Assembly (NCBI GenBank): GCA_951406725.2
Contig: OX597830.1
Coordinates: 38,998,001-39,062,000, forward strand
DNA: 64,000 nucleotides
Direction of reading: 5' to 3'
From: Octopus vulgaris
Taxonomy: Eukaryota
This document shows positions 1 to 15,867 of this stretch, one piece after another (position 1 is the stretch's first letter; the number at the start of each line of letters is the position of its first letter). Under the pieces are notes generated by a model. The model made no database searches. It was not told the DNA's origin and saw only the letters and a program-made list of their open reading frames with translations. A program made the position numbers and the translations under genes.

Positions 1-177
1 TCCCAAACCCATTTAATTCGAGAAGAATAATCCGCAGTTAAACTGAAACAAAAAGAAAGAGTTCGTATAGTAAATACGACTGAAGTAAGTTGTAAACTTC
101 TGACGTTGTAATAAGCTATTTTATCTACTTATTTAACACAATGTACTTTAAAAAATCATTGAAAATTATAGACGAAA

Positions 178-235
<58 letters not shown>

Positions 236-458
236 TTATATTTATGTTTGCATTTTATGTACAGTGTTAACCTAGATTACATAATGAAATACAAAAACAT
301 TATGTACATTAATCTGGTGGGTTACTCCCTGCTTTTATGGAGAACAAATTTAGTTCTCTTAAACAAGAATTATTGATAGTGAAGTCAGAGGTTAAGGCAA
401 TTAAGCCATCGTCGAACTACGAACGATGGGTTAACTGACCATTTATATATATATATAG

Positions 459-539
<81 letters not shown>

Positions 540-641
540 TATATGGGTGTGAGTGTGTGTGTGTTTGTGTGTATATACGTATATGCATATATATATATAT
601 TTATATACAAAGGGATTTGTGTGATTGTGTATAGAAGAACT

Positions 642-1350
642 TATTACTCAAAGAAATTCCAACTCTGTTTTTCACGTTTTATTTATAATCTTCTAATATT
701 AATATAATATATAAAATAATATGGTAAAAAGAAATGAAGTATTAATTGTTTAGACTTATTGAACAAATGAAATATTAAATACATTATTTACAATTGACGG
801 ATACTTGTCCTCATCTTGTTTGTTGTTAACATAACGTTTCGTCTGATATTCCGTCCAGCATTCATCATGTCTTGGGGGAAATCTCGAACCAGTGTTCTCA
901 ATCCTAAGGTACGTACATAATTTCTTATCTCTTAAATATAGAACTGAAATATTAAATGTCCATTTTTATGGAACTATTATACTTTCTAACATTTATGCAA
1001 TCTTCGGTTTCATGTGGTGGTGAGAGTTGTGTTCAGTGGTTTCAACTGTGGTTGACTGGTTAAATTTTGTCCTTTATATACATTTCTGTGGATGAAAGTA
1101 GTAGTTGCTTGGTTATTTTTAGAAATGCCGCCATACCATTTTTCAGTGTTTATTTTTAGAAATGATGACAACAATACATTTTAGAGATTTTTATTTTTTT
1201 CGACATGGGGATAAGACTTTTTAACTTTAAATAAGATTAATTTTTATCATTGTTTATTAAGCTTGGGCTTGAATTTAATTAAGAAAATACTTTTCTCTAT
1301 TAATAGATTCAAACCCAACGTGAAAAACAGAGTTGGAATTCCTTTGAGTA

Positions 1351-1353
<3 letters not shown>
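642..1353. mobile_element. Penelope-like remnant bounded by a 37-bp inverted repeat, with a GIY-YIG C-terminal tail on the minus strand
   Basis: 642-678 tattactcaaagaaattccaactctgtttttcacgtt is the reverse complement of 1317-1353 (1 mismatch). Minus strand ~1248-1303 reads NREKYFL/IKFKPKLNKQ* across one frameshift, like the KETFFIEKYKPRLN end at ~16200-16240. Confidence 0.5.
780..946 (-). mobile_element. Truncated copy of the hammerhead-bearing element at 27178-27556
   Basis: Shares ttgtcctcatct..tttgttgttaac..cgtttcg.ctgata and the terminal acgtacataatt.c.tatctcttaaatatagaactg with the 27.2-kb copy. Minus strand ~826-873 has a degenerate core ATGATGA-A...GAAACGTT. Confidence 0.7.
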
Positions 1354-1388
<35 letters not shown>

Positions 1389-1395
1389 GTATATA

Positions 1396-1473
<78 letters not shown>

Positions 1474-3370
1474 GGTTTCGAAGAAAAAGACTACACGTGG
1501 TATGAATAGGGGAAAAGTAAAAAGAAAATGCACATGAGATATAAAAAATAAAGGCTTTTTTTAAAGAAAAGCAAAGATATATATATTAAATGATTTTAGA
1601 TGGAATTATGAAGTACAAAGATCATTATTATGAATCATTATAGAGATTCAAAGTCATACCAATGTCTTCACCAACGTCAGTCTTCCATCATTTATTCATT
1701 ACTTACTCTATGCATGCATATATGTGTATGTGTTTGTGCGCACACGCTTGCATGCGTGTGTGCGCGTGTGTGTATGTGTGTGTGTGTGGTTGTGTATACA
1801 TAAATCGTAATAAGTATGGGGAAACAGCAATATTCGAATCGATAATTTGCATATATTTTCTTAATAAGATCCGACAGGTTCGACTGCGAATATCGTAGCT
1901 GCTATTGTACGCGTTGTTTAAGATGGATATGTGTTCATAACACTCGGAACTCATCATCTTAAATTTTGCAGTTCACCGTACATATTACGGGTAGAACACA
2001 ACATGCATAAAAGAATAGCACAAATTTGGTAAAATCCGTTCGTATACTTGGGATTCATTAATTTACGCAAACGCTCCACAAACGAAGCATACCAACACTG
2101 TTTAGTCATAGATCTATTTGATAAACCATTAACCATTCTATAGTAAAACATCATTAACATAAATCAACAGCGACTTCGTGATGTTAAGCTTTCAAAAATG
2201 GAAAATATACATTTTAACACACAGTAAATGCCATAAAGTTTCACTAAACATCATTTAGGTTATTTTATCAGTTGTAACATTCTGCGCTGATATTAAACTT
2301 CCGTAAAGCAATTTCAGCAACGTTTAACTCCAAAGCAATGTTTTTAATGGAGCGTTAATATCCTGCTTCTAAAACTGGAAATAGCTGGAAATAAATTAAA
2401 TCTGCAGACAGCACACCCTACGAAGGAATTAAAAATTTGAAACTTTGAAAAACTACAAATTACATTAAAATCTTTGTGTTTTTTTTAATGAAACCACCTG
2501 TCTAGATTAAAAATTTAAACTGGTCAGACATTTCATTTTCATCCATATGTTCAAGTATATTAAATTATATTCTATTATATATAAATCGTGTTAAAATGGA
2601 AGTTCATGTCATTTTTTTAAGAAAGAGTACGGAAATCAGAGCTTCACTAAGTTTAATGATAGAGTACACCTTTAAATAGTTTTATTTGCATTTGGAGAAA
2701 GGAACTCTGAAAAATGAACATATAATGAAATTCAAAAGAAAAATATATGTTTGTGTGTGTATTTGTGTGTATTTGTGTGTGTATATGTGTGTGTGTGTAT
2801 GTATGTGTGTATGTGTGCGTGCATGCTTGTGTATGCCCTTGTATATGTATTTCTTTCTGTGCACATATAGGCATATTCTCATACTGGAAATTATTGTCTA
2901 CTATCTGTAGGCTTGGAAATATTCCTTCGACTTATTATTATATTCAGTTTAATTTTACTTCTGTTATGTTAGTAAATATTACTGATTACTGTAATTTTAC
3001 ATTAGATAAAGTGGTGTTCTGATTTCTGTAATTTTTTTCCATATATCAGCCCCTGATTTAGGAGGTTTATGTGTAAATATGCTACAGATATAATATTGTT
3101 GCTTCAGGAAAAAACTGGCTTTATGTCATCGAATAAACTTTTACAGCTTTCAATGTATGTAAATAAAATATTTCAAGAATTTTAATTTATAATGTGAACA
3201 GATGGCATCGTCTTATAAATATATAATTTAGTGTTGCTTTTTTCTACTACTTAATACATGTGTATGTCTGTGTGGGGATGTGGGAGTTGTATGAGTGGGG
3301 TGTATGTGGGGCTGTGTGGGGTGTATGTGTGGGGATGTGCATATACATATACGTATGTATATGTGTATAC

Positions 3371-3417
<47 letters not shown>

Positions 3418-6400
3418 GGCACGCAAACATTAGCAAAATATTTTAAATGGTCTATTACTACTTCAGATCCAAAAGATGCCACGTTAGACATTTTATAACG
3501 GTCTGAATCTGTCAAAAAGCAATTCAGATATTTGTCATTTTTTTCTTTTTGTCCTCATTTTGGTTTTGTATTTAGTTTTAGCATAAGAAACCACCTCAGA
3601 TAAAGCAGAATATTGTACTTAGGTTTAATGTTTTTTTTACAATTTCTATTACAAATTTGGTTTTATATACCTCAAATGCTTCATGGAGCAGATTATATCA
3701 CTATTTTAAATCTTTTTCATTGATGCTGTTATTAGTGGTAGTCTGGTCGACAACCTTTAATTGATTTGATAAAATCTCTGTAGTAAAGACAATGGTAGTT
3801 GCTATAGAACGCTCAATGTATAATCTTAAGACAAGTCTCGAAATAATTGGAAATTTTCATTTGTTATTCTTCTGTTCTTCCTCATTATTATTTATTTGTA
3901 ATATTCTCAAAATTTTCAATTAACTAGCATTTGAATGGCTAATTTATTCTTTTACTTTGATTCCATTTAGAAACAGAAGCATTCATCTTAGAAGAAATGA
4001 GATTCGCCGATACACCCAATATGTGAGAATTTTATATACCGTCAATAACGAAAGTATCAGCATTTAAGCAAAAGTAATATTTGTACAGGAAATGTACCAG
4101 CATTGTATAACTGTTATCATTAGCATATGTGTCTTGCCGTCATAAAGTTTACGGAACTACAAGGTCAAATTAGTCGTTTGAAAATAGTAATACTTTCCTT
4201 AACTCTTAACATTTTCGAACTTCTTTCAAATTATTGTGCTCGATACGCGTTAAAGTAATTTCCAATCAAATTCAGCTAATTTCACAAAGAAAGTTTCTCT
4301 TCTATAACCTTCTATACTTGTGTGTTCGTAATTGAATATTCATATAAAGTTGCACACTTCCTTTGTAACAAATTTGTATCCGTCTCATTTCAAAACATTA
4401 TAAATCATTGAATTTGTTAAATTGCCAACTCCAACATAAATGATTTTGAATTCATATATGCAGAACATGTCATTGTATGTACACATGACTCTGAAAGTAT
4501 TACACACTTTAGTTTATGTTACTAGTGTTACTTGACTAATTCATTTAGTCTATTAATATATCTTCCCATTCACTTTATGCAAACATAAATGTATTAGCTA
4601 CATATTACAAGAGACTGATGCAGACACTTCTATGTTTAGTTGATCTATATTTTCTAACTTAAATACCTAAAAATAATGTTACATTTCCTTTCATATTTTA
4701 TAGTCATATTAGTAGTAATTTTTAAACCTAGGTCGACAAAATATGCGGACGTTTGAGTACCTTTGTGCAAGATACAAAACCAATGTAAAAGTCAAAAGTA
4801 ATAAATCAAATGGTGATGGACATTGGACAGTCCCTTCCATAAAGTCAATTAAATTATGAGATCCGTATGGGAGCCGAACCTAGGTCGATGTGATTTAATC
4901 AATATAACAAGCATCACAAAATTGTCATTTTAAACCTTTAACAAATATCAAAACAGCTACTCTTTAATCTCGGTAATGACTGTGGACACATTAATACCTT
5001 GGCCTTTTATTCTACTCGTAAATGTATCCGTAGATTAGGCTACAAATCAATTTGCCCGTTATCCCATGGTAAAAGCATAGAAATTCAACTAATTCGCTTA
5101 CGTCATTATTGATAAATTATACACTCTATAATACTCACAGTGGAATTTTTATGCTTTTACTGTTTAGTGAGGCAAAAACATTATTCAACTGTACACGTAT
5201 TTGGTTAACAATCGCTAAAAATATAAAATAGTTTGTAAGAGATTTAGATTTTAGATAATTTTTTTCAAATATAATTCTTCAGAAGAAGGGGTATGGATTC
5301 TTAAATTGATGTTCTAGAAGAGAAAACACGTCTGAAGTTCTTGTGTGTCACTGTTCACGTTATGTTCGTCTCGGTCAGACTTATGTTGCGTTTTTCATAT
5401 AACATACTATGAAGATATTTTCTCATGGGCAAAAACCACTAATCATGCCTGAGATTGGTGTATATACATTAAATATGATAGATACATCATCTCTATTTTA
5501 ATTCTCATACATGAATATATATATATATATATATGAATACGCAAAAAAACACACAAGCTCACACATATATAAACGCACGCACTCACAATATATATGTGTA
5601 AGTATGTACATTTGCAAACATTTATGTGTATGTATAAATATATATGTACGTATATAATGTATATAATATAGCCTGAATAGGATAAACTACCCCTATTTTG
5701 CAGAAAAAATGTGTTGTCTAAATATTATGTCTTATTTTCAGGACTCGCGATATTTGCTTTCTAGAATATTTACAGTTAGATGACTATTCCATAAATGAAT
5801 TTCTTAAACAATATTCTCTATTCACCAGAATGATGAGTCTTTCTAGTTGTGTGGTTAGACTCATTTGGACCTGCAAATAAGAATATTGTTTATGTTTGAA
5901 AACTGGAGTCAGAATATAAAACTAATACCCTTCATACTATGTTATTGATTCTTCTGCATCGACATAACATAAGCAGACTTTTAGGAAATCGCAAAGTTTT
6001 AGTGTGAATAGTTTTAGTTTAACCAGGCGGTTAAAGCGAGATCTGAGGAATCACTGGCGCTCATTCCAAGCATTTATATGAGTTCAACTAACGTAATGAA
6101 ACTCAGTTATGTTTTTTCTGTTTTTATAGGCGTTTTCTGTTTCGATTGTGTGGGGCGTTAGACCGTTGCACTGAATTCCATGCCATGTTCGTTCTAAAAT
6201 TCTGTGCTTTAAGTTCAAATCTTACCAAGGCCAATTTGTTTCTTTCGTCTTATTACGATTAAAAGAAAAACGGATCAAATAAGAATGATAAATTAGTAAA
6301 ACTGAAAGAACGATAGGCGATATGCTTTATGGTATATGTTCCCTCTCTTTGCCTTTCAGTTTAAGTTCCATCATAGGCTTCGATGAATGATAAGCTTAAA

Positions 6401-8349
6401 GTGTCGCCCGCTCAAACATCACCACTGGACAAAGTTGGTCGTCAGGTAACGGTGCTATAAGCATTATCTAGCTTTTCAACTAAGTGTTAACAATCATCTT
6501 AGGTTAAATGTATGGCAGACGCACACAGGAACACTGCTCTTAGGATATAGTTTCAGGTAGCGAGGGTGACGATAAATTTCATCCATCCTCTCACCATTCT
6601 AAGAGACCCTAAGTGTTTGGCTATGATTCCTATTCGAGTCATTTCAAAACCCATTCAATATAAACGAAATAATTTAGAGAAAACCGTATACCATACTATA
6701 AACCTTATACTGATATAATAAACATCCTAATCCATTTAATTTTTCTCTTCTCAGAAGATGTCTATTTGTGAGGGCGGGAGCTGGTAGGAAAGGATGCTTT
6801 TGATCCATCGTATCAAAGCTACGTCTAGCTTCGGCAAATGAAGCAAGGAAAAAATCTTTAAAGTTGTTATTTTTTTTTTGCTCTGAATCCCCACTTCCTC
6901 TGTTTAAAATTTCCTTTGTATCTCTCAGACACAACTATTTTAAGCTTAACATGAAGGAATTATCTGTCTTGCACAGCCAAGTAAGCTGTGCAAGACAGAT
7001 AATTTTCCATGAATCAGTGTTTATTGACCAGTTTTATTTCCCAGTCGTACGCATTTCTCACAATTATTTCAACAAAATCAAAAACGTTAGAAAAATCTAT
7101 GCAGAAATTCATTTGTCAAAATTTATCACTTGTGGGGTCATTGCATCCTAGCTGTATACAGATACCACAAAACCGTACGTAAACATTAGAAATAAAGCAT
7201 TGGAGTGCACTTCAAAGGTAAGTAGATTTACATTTACTTGTGCTGTGTTCAAGTCTACTTCTGACCAATTTGTATTTGACTATTCAGTAGATGTAGCGCG
7301 ATATATTTGTAACCAGTTATTGTAGCTATTAAGACCATGTGAGAACTAATTGAGATAAAGGCGTCCCCTACGTAATTGTAGAATTTTTATCTAGGCATTT
7401 GACATTTATGATCTCAGCAGTCATCATACCCATTGAAAGTGCATGAGTTAAGATAAGTGAAAAGAAACGGCTGATATTTCAAGACTAATGCTCTCTCTAG
7501 CGAAGAGATGGATTTCTCTCACGCCAGATTTCTACTGCTCCTAACGATTTAGAAACTTATCCAAACTTATACATTTTGCTGCGTAAATTGTTTGTACAGG
7601 TCCTAATGACTAGCAGCAACTTCTTTTGACTCCATCTTAAATGTTACTATCTGTATAAAGACAGAAGAGTTTGATAGTGGGAGTATTAGCAGTCTACCCA
7701 CTCCACTATCTGGCTTGTTTTTACAATCTGTAAGATCAACAGAGGATCTATAGCCATTCCCGGTCCTGTTACGCTTATAAAATTACAGCGAAACAAGAAA
7801 AAGAAGTGTGACTCTGACTAAAGAAAAGAAAACGAACCTAAAATATGGTCGAGTTGTGAGATTGTTTTAAAACTTCAAACTTCCATTCCATTCTGAACGG
7901 AAAGAAAATAAACAGCTTTCAAGTTGCCCTCTCGGCAATTTATAATCTAATAAGCATTGCCAATGTTGTGAATACATTGTTCTTTTAAAATTATACACAA
8001 TGGAGGAGAAACAAAATATTCAGAAAAAATATATGTCAGTGTTTTTTCAAGAAGAAAAACAAAATTTTACAAATAAATTTAAAAAAGGAAACGAATAAAA
8101 ACACACAAGTTATCTGTTTATATTTTCAAGCCAGATGATAAATACTAAGTAAATCCAGCTAACATTCCTGTTAATCATAGGAAAGCAAGATAAGAAAATC
8201 AGCTTGGAAATGAAATAAATAGTTGCAAAGAGATTTTGTCAAAAATAAGAAAAAAAATATATATATAATTCACATCCAGGAAACTGAAATTATTCTCCTT
8301 TTTTTCCCTTGTTTTCTTTACAAGAAAAGACAAATATATTCTGTTAATG

Positions 8350-9064
8350 AACAGCATCATCAGTATCATCATTATTCATTGCCATCCACTTTAGCAGCAA
8401 GAAAGCAACAACATTTCCACCAGCAACAGCAGGAACACGGTCAAGTAATAGGCAAGGAAGTGATGTCGTTGATGATGATGATGAGGAACTTCAGAAGAAG
8501 AAGGTGGAGGAGGAGAAAGGAGATGATAAAGATGGAGGTGTCAGTGATGTTAGCATTGTGATGGTGATAGTGGTGATGATGATGATGATCATAATGATGA
8601 TGGAGAGGAAATGGAAGAGAAGGAAGTTGAGGAAGATGATGAATAGGTTGACGATGAATATGACAGTGGTAGGGATGATTATGGTGATGATGATCATCAT
8701 CATCCTCATTATCATCATCATCATCATCACCATAAAAAAAATCACTATCATATCGCTCATATCCTCTTAAGCATTACAAACTTCATCTCTACAACTTAAC
8801 ACCTTCAAAATTTATCTTCGTCTTCATCATCACTTAAGAGGCTACCACTGTCGCTACTAATGACGTCATCTTCATTAGTCATCATTATTCCAAGTAAAAA
8901 TACCATAATGAATATCAAACAGATGACTGTCATAATCCGTTAAGTGGTGGAGATATATATAAATGCAGTAGTATTAGTAGTAGTAGTGAAGCAGCAACAG
9001 CAGTAGTGGTAGTAGTAGTAGTAGTTGTAGTAGTAGTAGTAGTGAAGCAGCAACAGCAGTAGTG

Positions 9065-9133
<69 letters not shown>

Positions 9134-9225
9134 TTGAATGCGATAATCAGTGCATATCACGATGATGATGACGGTGATGTTGGTGAAGAGGAGGACGATG
9201 ACCACCACGATGTTGCTGCTACTCA

Positions 9226-9267
<42 letters not shown>

Positions 9268-9362
9268 CAAAGATGATGATGATAACGACGACGACGACGA
9301 CTATGCTGCAACTGCTGCTGCTGCTGCTGATGATGATGACGATGATGACGATGATAATTACG
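8350..9362. repeat. Compound trinucleotide low-complexity tract (GAT/ATC/TAG/GCT/GAC)
   Basis: Direct reading, e.g. (TAG)n ~9066-9132 and (GAT)n ~9230-9266. Confidence 0.95.
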
Positions 9363-9959
9363 ACACATGGTTATTACAAAACAAACATTTCTCTAATCAC
9401 CAACAGTATACAATTTCCTTATTATATTTTCATATTTATGTCAGCAATTGAAATTATTGAAATAATCTATAATCCACACTGCTGAATATTTCTGGTCGAT
9501 ACGGACTATTACTAGTTTCTCAAATTCCGGATACTAGCCTCAGTAGAAGACTTTATTCCTTCTCTTCGTGCACTATTAGCTCAAACGAGCAAAAGCGCTA
9601 CCGATGAGGCTAAGAATCTAGCGTTTCCGTCTATTTCTTAAATTACATTGGCTATTGTAAAATTTTTAGCCTCCACAATATAATTCCACATTCAATTAGT
9701 AATAGGTGTCCTCGAGTGACTAGTCATTCTAGACCCATATCGTGAACATTACCTTAAAAGCGTTAAAATAGAGTAATATTCTTGTAGTACTTGGAATTGT
9801 TGCTGATTTTTATCAGACCCAGCACACTCCCAACCAAACGCACCTTCGTCAAGTGTCTGAAGTCATGACCATTCTAATCTTTTACTGGAAGTTGTAAAAA
9901 TGCTCCTCTTTTCTCAAGATATGATGTAAATCGACAGAAAATTCCATTCCATAATAATC

Positions 9960-10165
9960 TTCGCTTCAAATAATGGCACAAGGCCAGTACGTTTAGGAGG
10001 TGGTGCTAGTCAATTACATTGACCCCAGTACTCAAATATTACAAAATTTATCGACCCCTGAAAGGGATGAAAGGCAAAGTCGTGCAGCCGAATTTGAATT
10101 CAGAACGTAAAGAGGGACGAAATGCCATAAAGCCCAGCGTGATAACGAGTCTGCCACCTCACCGC
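9960..10165 (-). mobile_element. Degenerate SINE family A (CORE-like)
   Basis: tttatcgacccctgaaagggatgaaaggcaaagtc and aatttgaattcagaacgtaa are reverse-complement matches to the 23900 copy. Confidence 0.75.
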
Positions 10166-11889
10166 CGTAAATCCTGTCCTAATTTTAAAACAACGAAAGA
10201 CATCGCAGTGTATTCCTTGTTTGTTTGTAAAAGATATATACTTGCGTGCGTGTGTTATGTGAAATTGTTTGTGTATATGCATGTGTTTCTACACAGACAT
10301 ATTTTCGTGTAAGCATTAATGTGTATTGTGTCAATGTGTATGTGTAGGTTTTAAAGTAAAGATATTGTAAACTTCAGCAAAATGATCATAGAACACGAGG
10401 AACGGATTACGTTTTAAATTCACATTTCGATATTTCGGATTTCAAAACCCTTATTATGAAAACTCAGCGTTAGATCCTTTAATCTGCAGAAATTAAGTAT
10501 CAAATAATCAAAACCAAAAATGCAAATAATCCAAGCATAATCCTAAGGAGGCACGGGGAAACATAATATTTCTTCAAGAATAACAATAGGTTCCGAAATA
10601 CTTCTAAATTTTTCAAAAGTTGGAATGAAATGGCGAGAGGTATATAGGCGTATGTGTTTACGTGGTGTTATAAATAAGCGTTTATACGTCTATTGACTAC
10701 ATTTTTTCCTTGTTCGTAATTTTTGTGATGCCTTTGGAAACCTAAACCATTATTTTAGACAGTTTCTAGGTGGCATACTTGTAATAGATGTAATACTTGT
10801 ACTAGTTTCCAGACATTTTAAATTATATTTGGTTATTATTCATTATTACAAATAGATGTGGGTGAGAATAAATATACATAAACATGGCCGAATAGATGTA
10901 CGCCTCATGCATTTTCGTATTTCTGGGTGAGATAGTTGCATTTACTGAACATACTAAGCATGTTTACAGTGTGTAAATTATATTGTTAAACAAACATGTA
11001 CTCGGAGTTTGTGTAGATTTTCACTGCCTTACTTTCGACTAACTTAATCTTCTGGCAAAACTCTATCTCTTACCTATCTTACTTCTCTATCACAAATTTT
11101 CCTTCCTTCTTGTCAAATTGTTTTTTTAGCATTTTGTATGTCCTTTTCCACCTTGCCTGGACTATCTTCTTACTACTTGACGGAGTGCAGAGAATCTCCT
11201 TCTGATCGTTGCAATTTAAATGGCCTGGATCACACAGTAAGGTCTACATACCTCACTCTCACTTCATTGCATCCTACTGAATTCCTCTTCCATCTTACCC
11301 ACATCACTCACCACATTACTTACATTCTCCCCCATTCGTAACCACATGAACATACCAGATGCTATTCGCTCTCTGCGAGAGTGTTGTTGCCTACTTAGTT
11401 ACCTATAATCAACTGACTAGCAACTATGCATCTATGACGTGAAGAGACCTCGAAACATGATATTTGTTTTGTAATTTCAGTCGTCGTGATTGACGGAAAT
11501 GCGATGCGCTGAATACTAAAACATAGGAACCCCATTTCAAATATATGAGAGTGAAACTTTGCTACGTGTAGACTGAATTTTTTTCTGCCGTATGCAAAAG
11601 TCCATAAATAGGCATATATATATGCACACACTTAGGCATGACGTCATTATGAATGTATGTGTATGCGCGTGCATATGTACATATTCATACACACACACAC
11701 ACACACATATATATATACGCATATGTACATATATATATGTAGGTATGTATTTATATATATATATGTGTACATATTATATATATATATATAAATATTTATA
11801 CACATATTATATATGTATATGTATATATATTTGTATGTATAATAATATATTTGCATGTATATATATATATATATATATATCAACATGAT

Positions 11890-11925
<36 letters not shown>

Positions 11926-12167
11926 GTATATATGTTTATGTATGTGTATGTGTATGTATATATATATACGTTTACGTTTATATAAATTTGTTAATTTTTT
12001 CAGATTTGTACAAGGATGAGCTTGCCATATTTTTATTTATATATCTTTATATTGATTTCTTCACTTATGCATAAAAGTATGAGGCTAAATATATTTCCCA
12101 CACACACAGCGGTGTAATTCAATCAATATTCACCTCGATATAATGCCTAGGCGTGAGACAGTTTATC

Positions 12168-12179
12168 TTATTATTATTA

Positions 12180-12228
<49 letters not shown>

Positions 12229-12279
12229 TACTACTACTACTACTACTACAACAACAACAACTACTACTACTACTATTAC

Positions 12280-12333
<54 letters not shown>

Positions 12334-12350
12334 CACTACTACAATTACAA
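12168..12350. repeat. Compound microsatellite (ATT)n-(ACT/ACA)n-(AAT)n
   Basis: Direct reading. Confidence 0.95.
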
Positions 12351-13359
12351 CTATTTTATTATATTTCTTCTAGCGCTGCAGAGATCGTTAAAAGGAAATT
12401 GTACAGCTAAAGGAATGGAGAGAAGAAAAAAATAAAAATGTTTAAGAAAAAATATTTATCGATTAATACGTATTTTCTATAGCGTCTTCCCTCTTTTTTT
12501 TCATCCTTTTTTATTATTAAACGAAGAATAAATAATTTGCGAAAGTTAATTTGATTAACCGATTGAATTGTTACCTGAACGGATGATCCTTATTCTTTTC
12601 TCTCTTTCAGCTCCGATGTTTATTTTCAATTATTGTTACCGAAATAAGAAAAAAGGAATGAGAATCGATAAATATTCATAATAAACAATTTCGAGTCATA
12701 TTCTGCTTAAAATTTCTACATAATATATTATTTATTTACTCTTCATTTTCCTTACCACTCTATCGGTTCGTATATGTGTCTATCTGTTTTTCAATCGCAT
12801 ATAAGGTTTTCTTTACACATATACCAAATGATGTACACGCATACACACACGTACACAAATGTATATTATAATATATGCACATACATATTGCTAAATACAC
12901 ATATATGCATATACATGTATGCTTGCGCGCGTGTGTGTGTGTGTGTGCGCATGCGTTTGCTTCCTTGTGTGTGCCGGTGTGCGCAAGTGAGTGTTGCATT
13001 TCCGTAGTCCAGAATCTTGACATTTATATCTGAAGAATTCTCAATACGTTTGTCATCCTTCTTTAAATTTTCCAATATGATTGATTTTTATTTCCTGTAT
13101 ATATAAATTGCTATTTTTTTTCTTTTTGTCTTCTCTGTTTGTTTATTATTGTTTTGTTATTTCTTTAACAATATACCAGTCCGTGTTGGCTTTTAATTAC
13201 TGAATTTTGCACGTTATTCATTTTCTTTTATTTAACGTAATCTAAAACTTTTTCGCTGCTGAAGCTAACATAGAAATTACATTGTAATATCGAGATTAAT
13301 CTCACTTCTCAAATGTATACAACATACAGACATACATAGATACACACACACATACGCAC

Positions 13360-13390
<31 letters not shown>

Positions 13391-14673
13391 GATATGTATG
13401 AATATACATGTATATATGATCTATGGATATATATATATATATACAAATGTATATTGAAATATATATGCGCATATACTTCACACACACACCTATGCATGTG
13501 AATATATGTGTGTGCGCGTGTGTTTGTGTATGTACATGTGTATGTGTGTGGATGTATATGTAAAAGTGAGAGAAAGGGAGAGAGTGAGAATGTGAGAAGG
13601 AATGAAGACCAATTTTTTGAATGCCATTTTCGTAACTCAGTCAAGAGATTTCAAATATTGAATTATGGCGCAGATAAAAACTACACGAATAATTATATTT
13701 GTATATAACTCTAGAATATATTAGTTTCTTTTTTATGGGCCAAATAAGAACTCTGTATTTGTTCATTGTTGAAGCTAGAGTGATTGGTAACAATGGCGCT
13801 CCTGATTTTTCGTTGCCAATGAAATGAAATGACTTCGGCTGTAAGTATAATACAGACTCTATGTTCTCATAGAACTATCTACAGGAAAAAAGAAATAGTT
13901 TTACTCGTCGCGAATTCTTTATATTTTTGGTGATGTAGCAGGTAGGGAATTAAACCATTTTACTACTTTTCGCAAGAGCATTCGTTGAATAATTGAAAAT
14001 ATTCCGCCCGTGATATAATTTATGACGTTACTTCGGTTCGCCAAGATACCTGTATAGGAATGATTGTTACCATATTGAATAGTCTGAAAAGTATTCACTT
14101 TCTTAGCAAGTTCAGATATTCGGGAATTTCTAAAGAATAGCCGTGGTGCCACTGTAATAAAATAACTTTCACGAAAGATTAAAACTTTGGAGAAGTCTCA
14201 TTTCGCTGAGAAAGATTTGTGGTGAATATTTCCTGATATAACTAAATACAATTGGCAATTGTTTGTAGAAGGTAGGAAGATATTGATTGATTTCCTGTCA
14301 GTAGGCTACAAGTAATTTAATTGGAGCTCATTGAATGAAAAACCTCGGCATTTCCTATATATGAATTGAGAACCGACGTTTCTTTTTATAATTAATTAAC
14401 GCTTCAGTCACTCTGCCTTAAGTCCCAAGAGCGAAAGATTAGAAACGAGTAAAAGTTTCACAAATTCAGGCAAACAGAACGTCTTTTTACCAAGTACTTC
14501 CCTCTTTTCCAAATGATTACTTAAATAATTAAATAATTAAGTATTTCTTATAACTTGAATAAGCCCGAATTATATACGTGTATATCCAATATTTGCTGTG
14601 ATCGAGATCAAGTTCAGAAAAGATCATCAATGTTTTAGGGAAAAACAACCCATCCTTTCTCCTCTCTTTCCTT

Positions 14674-14708
14674 AGTTTTGACGAAGGACAGCTGTCCGAA
14701 ACTTCACT
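14674..14708 (+). ncRNA. Degenerate minimal hammerhead motif
   Basis: agt-t-TTGACGA-A-GGAC-agct-GTCC-GAAA-c-TTC-act: 4-bp stem II, C3U core change, weak stems I and III. Confidence 0.5.
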
Positions 14709-15867
14709 CCTACCTCAATAAAGTAATTACATTTACTTCGAACTGATTTCTTTTTTATTTATCTTGTTTACTTTTTCCATCTTTACAACGTTATTTCCAC
14801 GGTCAGTAAATCTAAGGCTATATTATCCAGCACGTTTTTCAATGTTTATGGCTATGATATATGATTTCGGCAACATTTGACTGAAATATATTTTATATGG
14901 AATAATCGTTTAAAGAAATATTCGTTTACTAATTTCATATGCAATAGTGGAATTATAGAATATTTTACTCCAAAACTTGGAGTTGGAGATAGTGCAAGCC
15001 ATCTCGAATTTCACAATAACACAAGTGACTCACATGTTTCGTATAATTTAGAAGAATAAACGTTATAACTATCCTAAGCGGGATTTAGACACTTTGAAGT
15101 CTGTTATATAGTTTCGACACGATTTTTGGAAGTTTCTTATATCTAAAAAGTCGCCCGACTTCTGTCTAGAAAATGTTTATTTTCACTAAAAAGTCCCTAT
15201 TTATTAGTATGGAGCAAAATGAAATATGTTATTCTTAAGTTTCTCTAGAGCAATATCGTAAAACTTTTGTGAAAAATGCTTCTAACCACAAATACAATAC
15301 TAACAGTAGTATAAGTTCAGCGGAATATCTATATCTATTGATCTTAACACTACGTTAATTAGTTTCATATTAGAAGGAATCGATAACAGGAAGAAGAAGA
15401 AGAAAAAAGAAAACATTTGGGGAAATATAAGTTTATATAAATCATTGTCCAATCCACAACATAAAGACGTATATTTTATTCATTAGGTTATAAAATATGC
15501 GAGTTCTTCAACTCTTGGCACGAGATATAACACTTTAGATAAAACTGCAGATAAAACGCTGTCAATATACCGACATTTGTGATACTTTTACCGCTACGTA
15601 ATATTTATGATAGTTTGGACTTAGATTTAAAGACAACAACGTGATAAAACACGTTTAAACTTTCCTCATCAGTGTGCATATCGTCCGTTATAGTAAAGAT
15701 TCATTGGTTTCTTTCCAAAAGTTTATTATCCGGAATCACACTCCTAAAAATATATTCTTGAGATCAATTTTGAAGGGATTTTTCTGAACAGAATACATAC
15801 ATATACACAAACTCATGCGCGTACATACATATATAATGTATGCACGCATGGATATATATATATATCA

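Noticed and set aside
11432-11465. GTGAAGA-gacctc-GAAACATG
   Set aside because: Unpaired G3/G8, a sterically poor stem II and no U16.1. Too degenerate to call.
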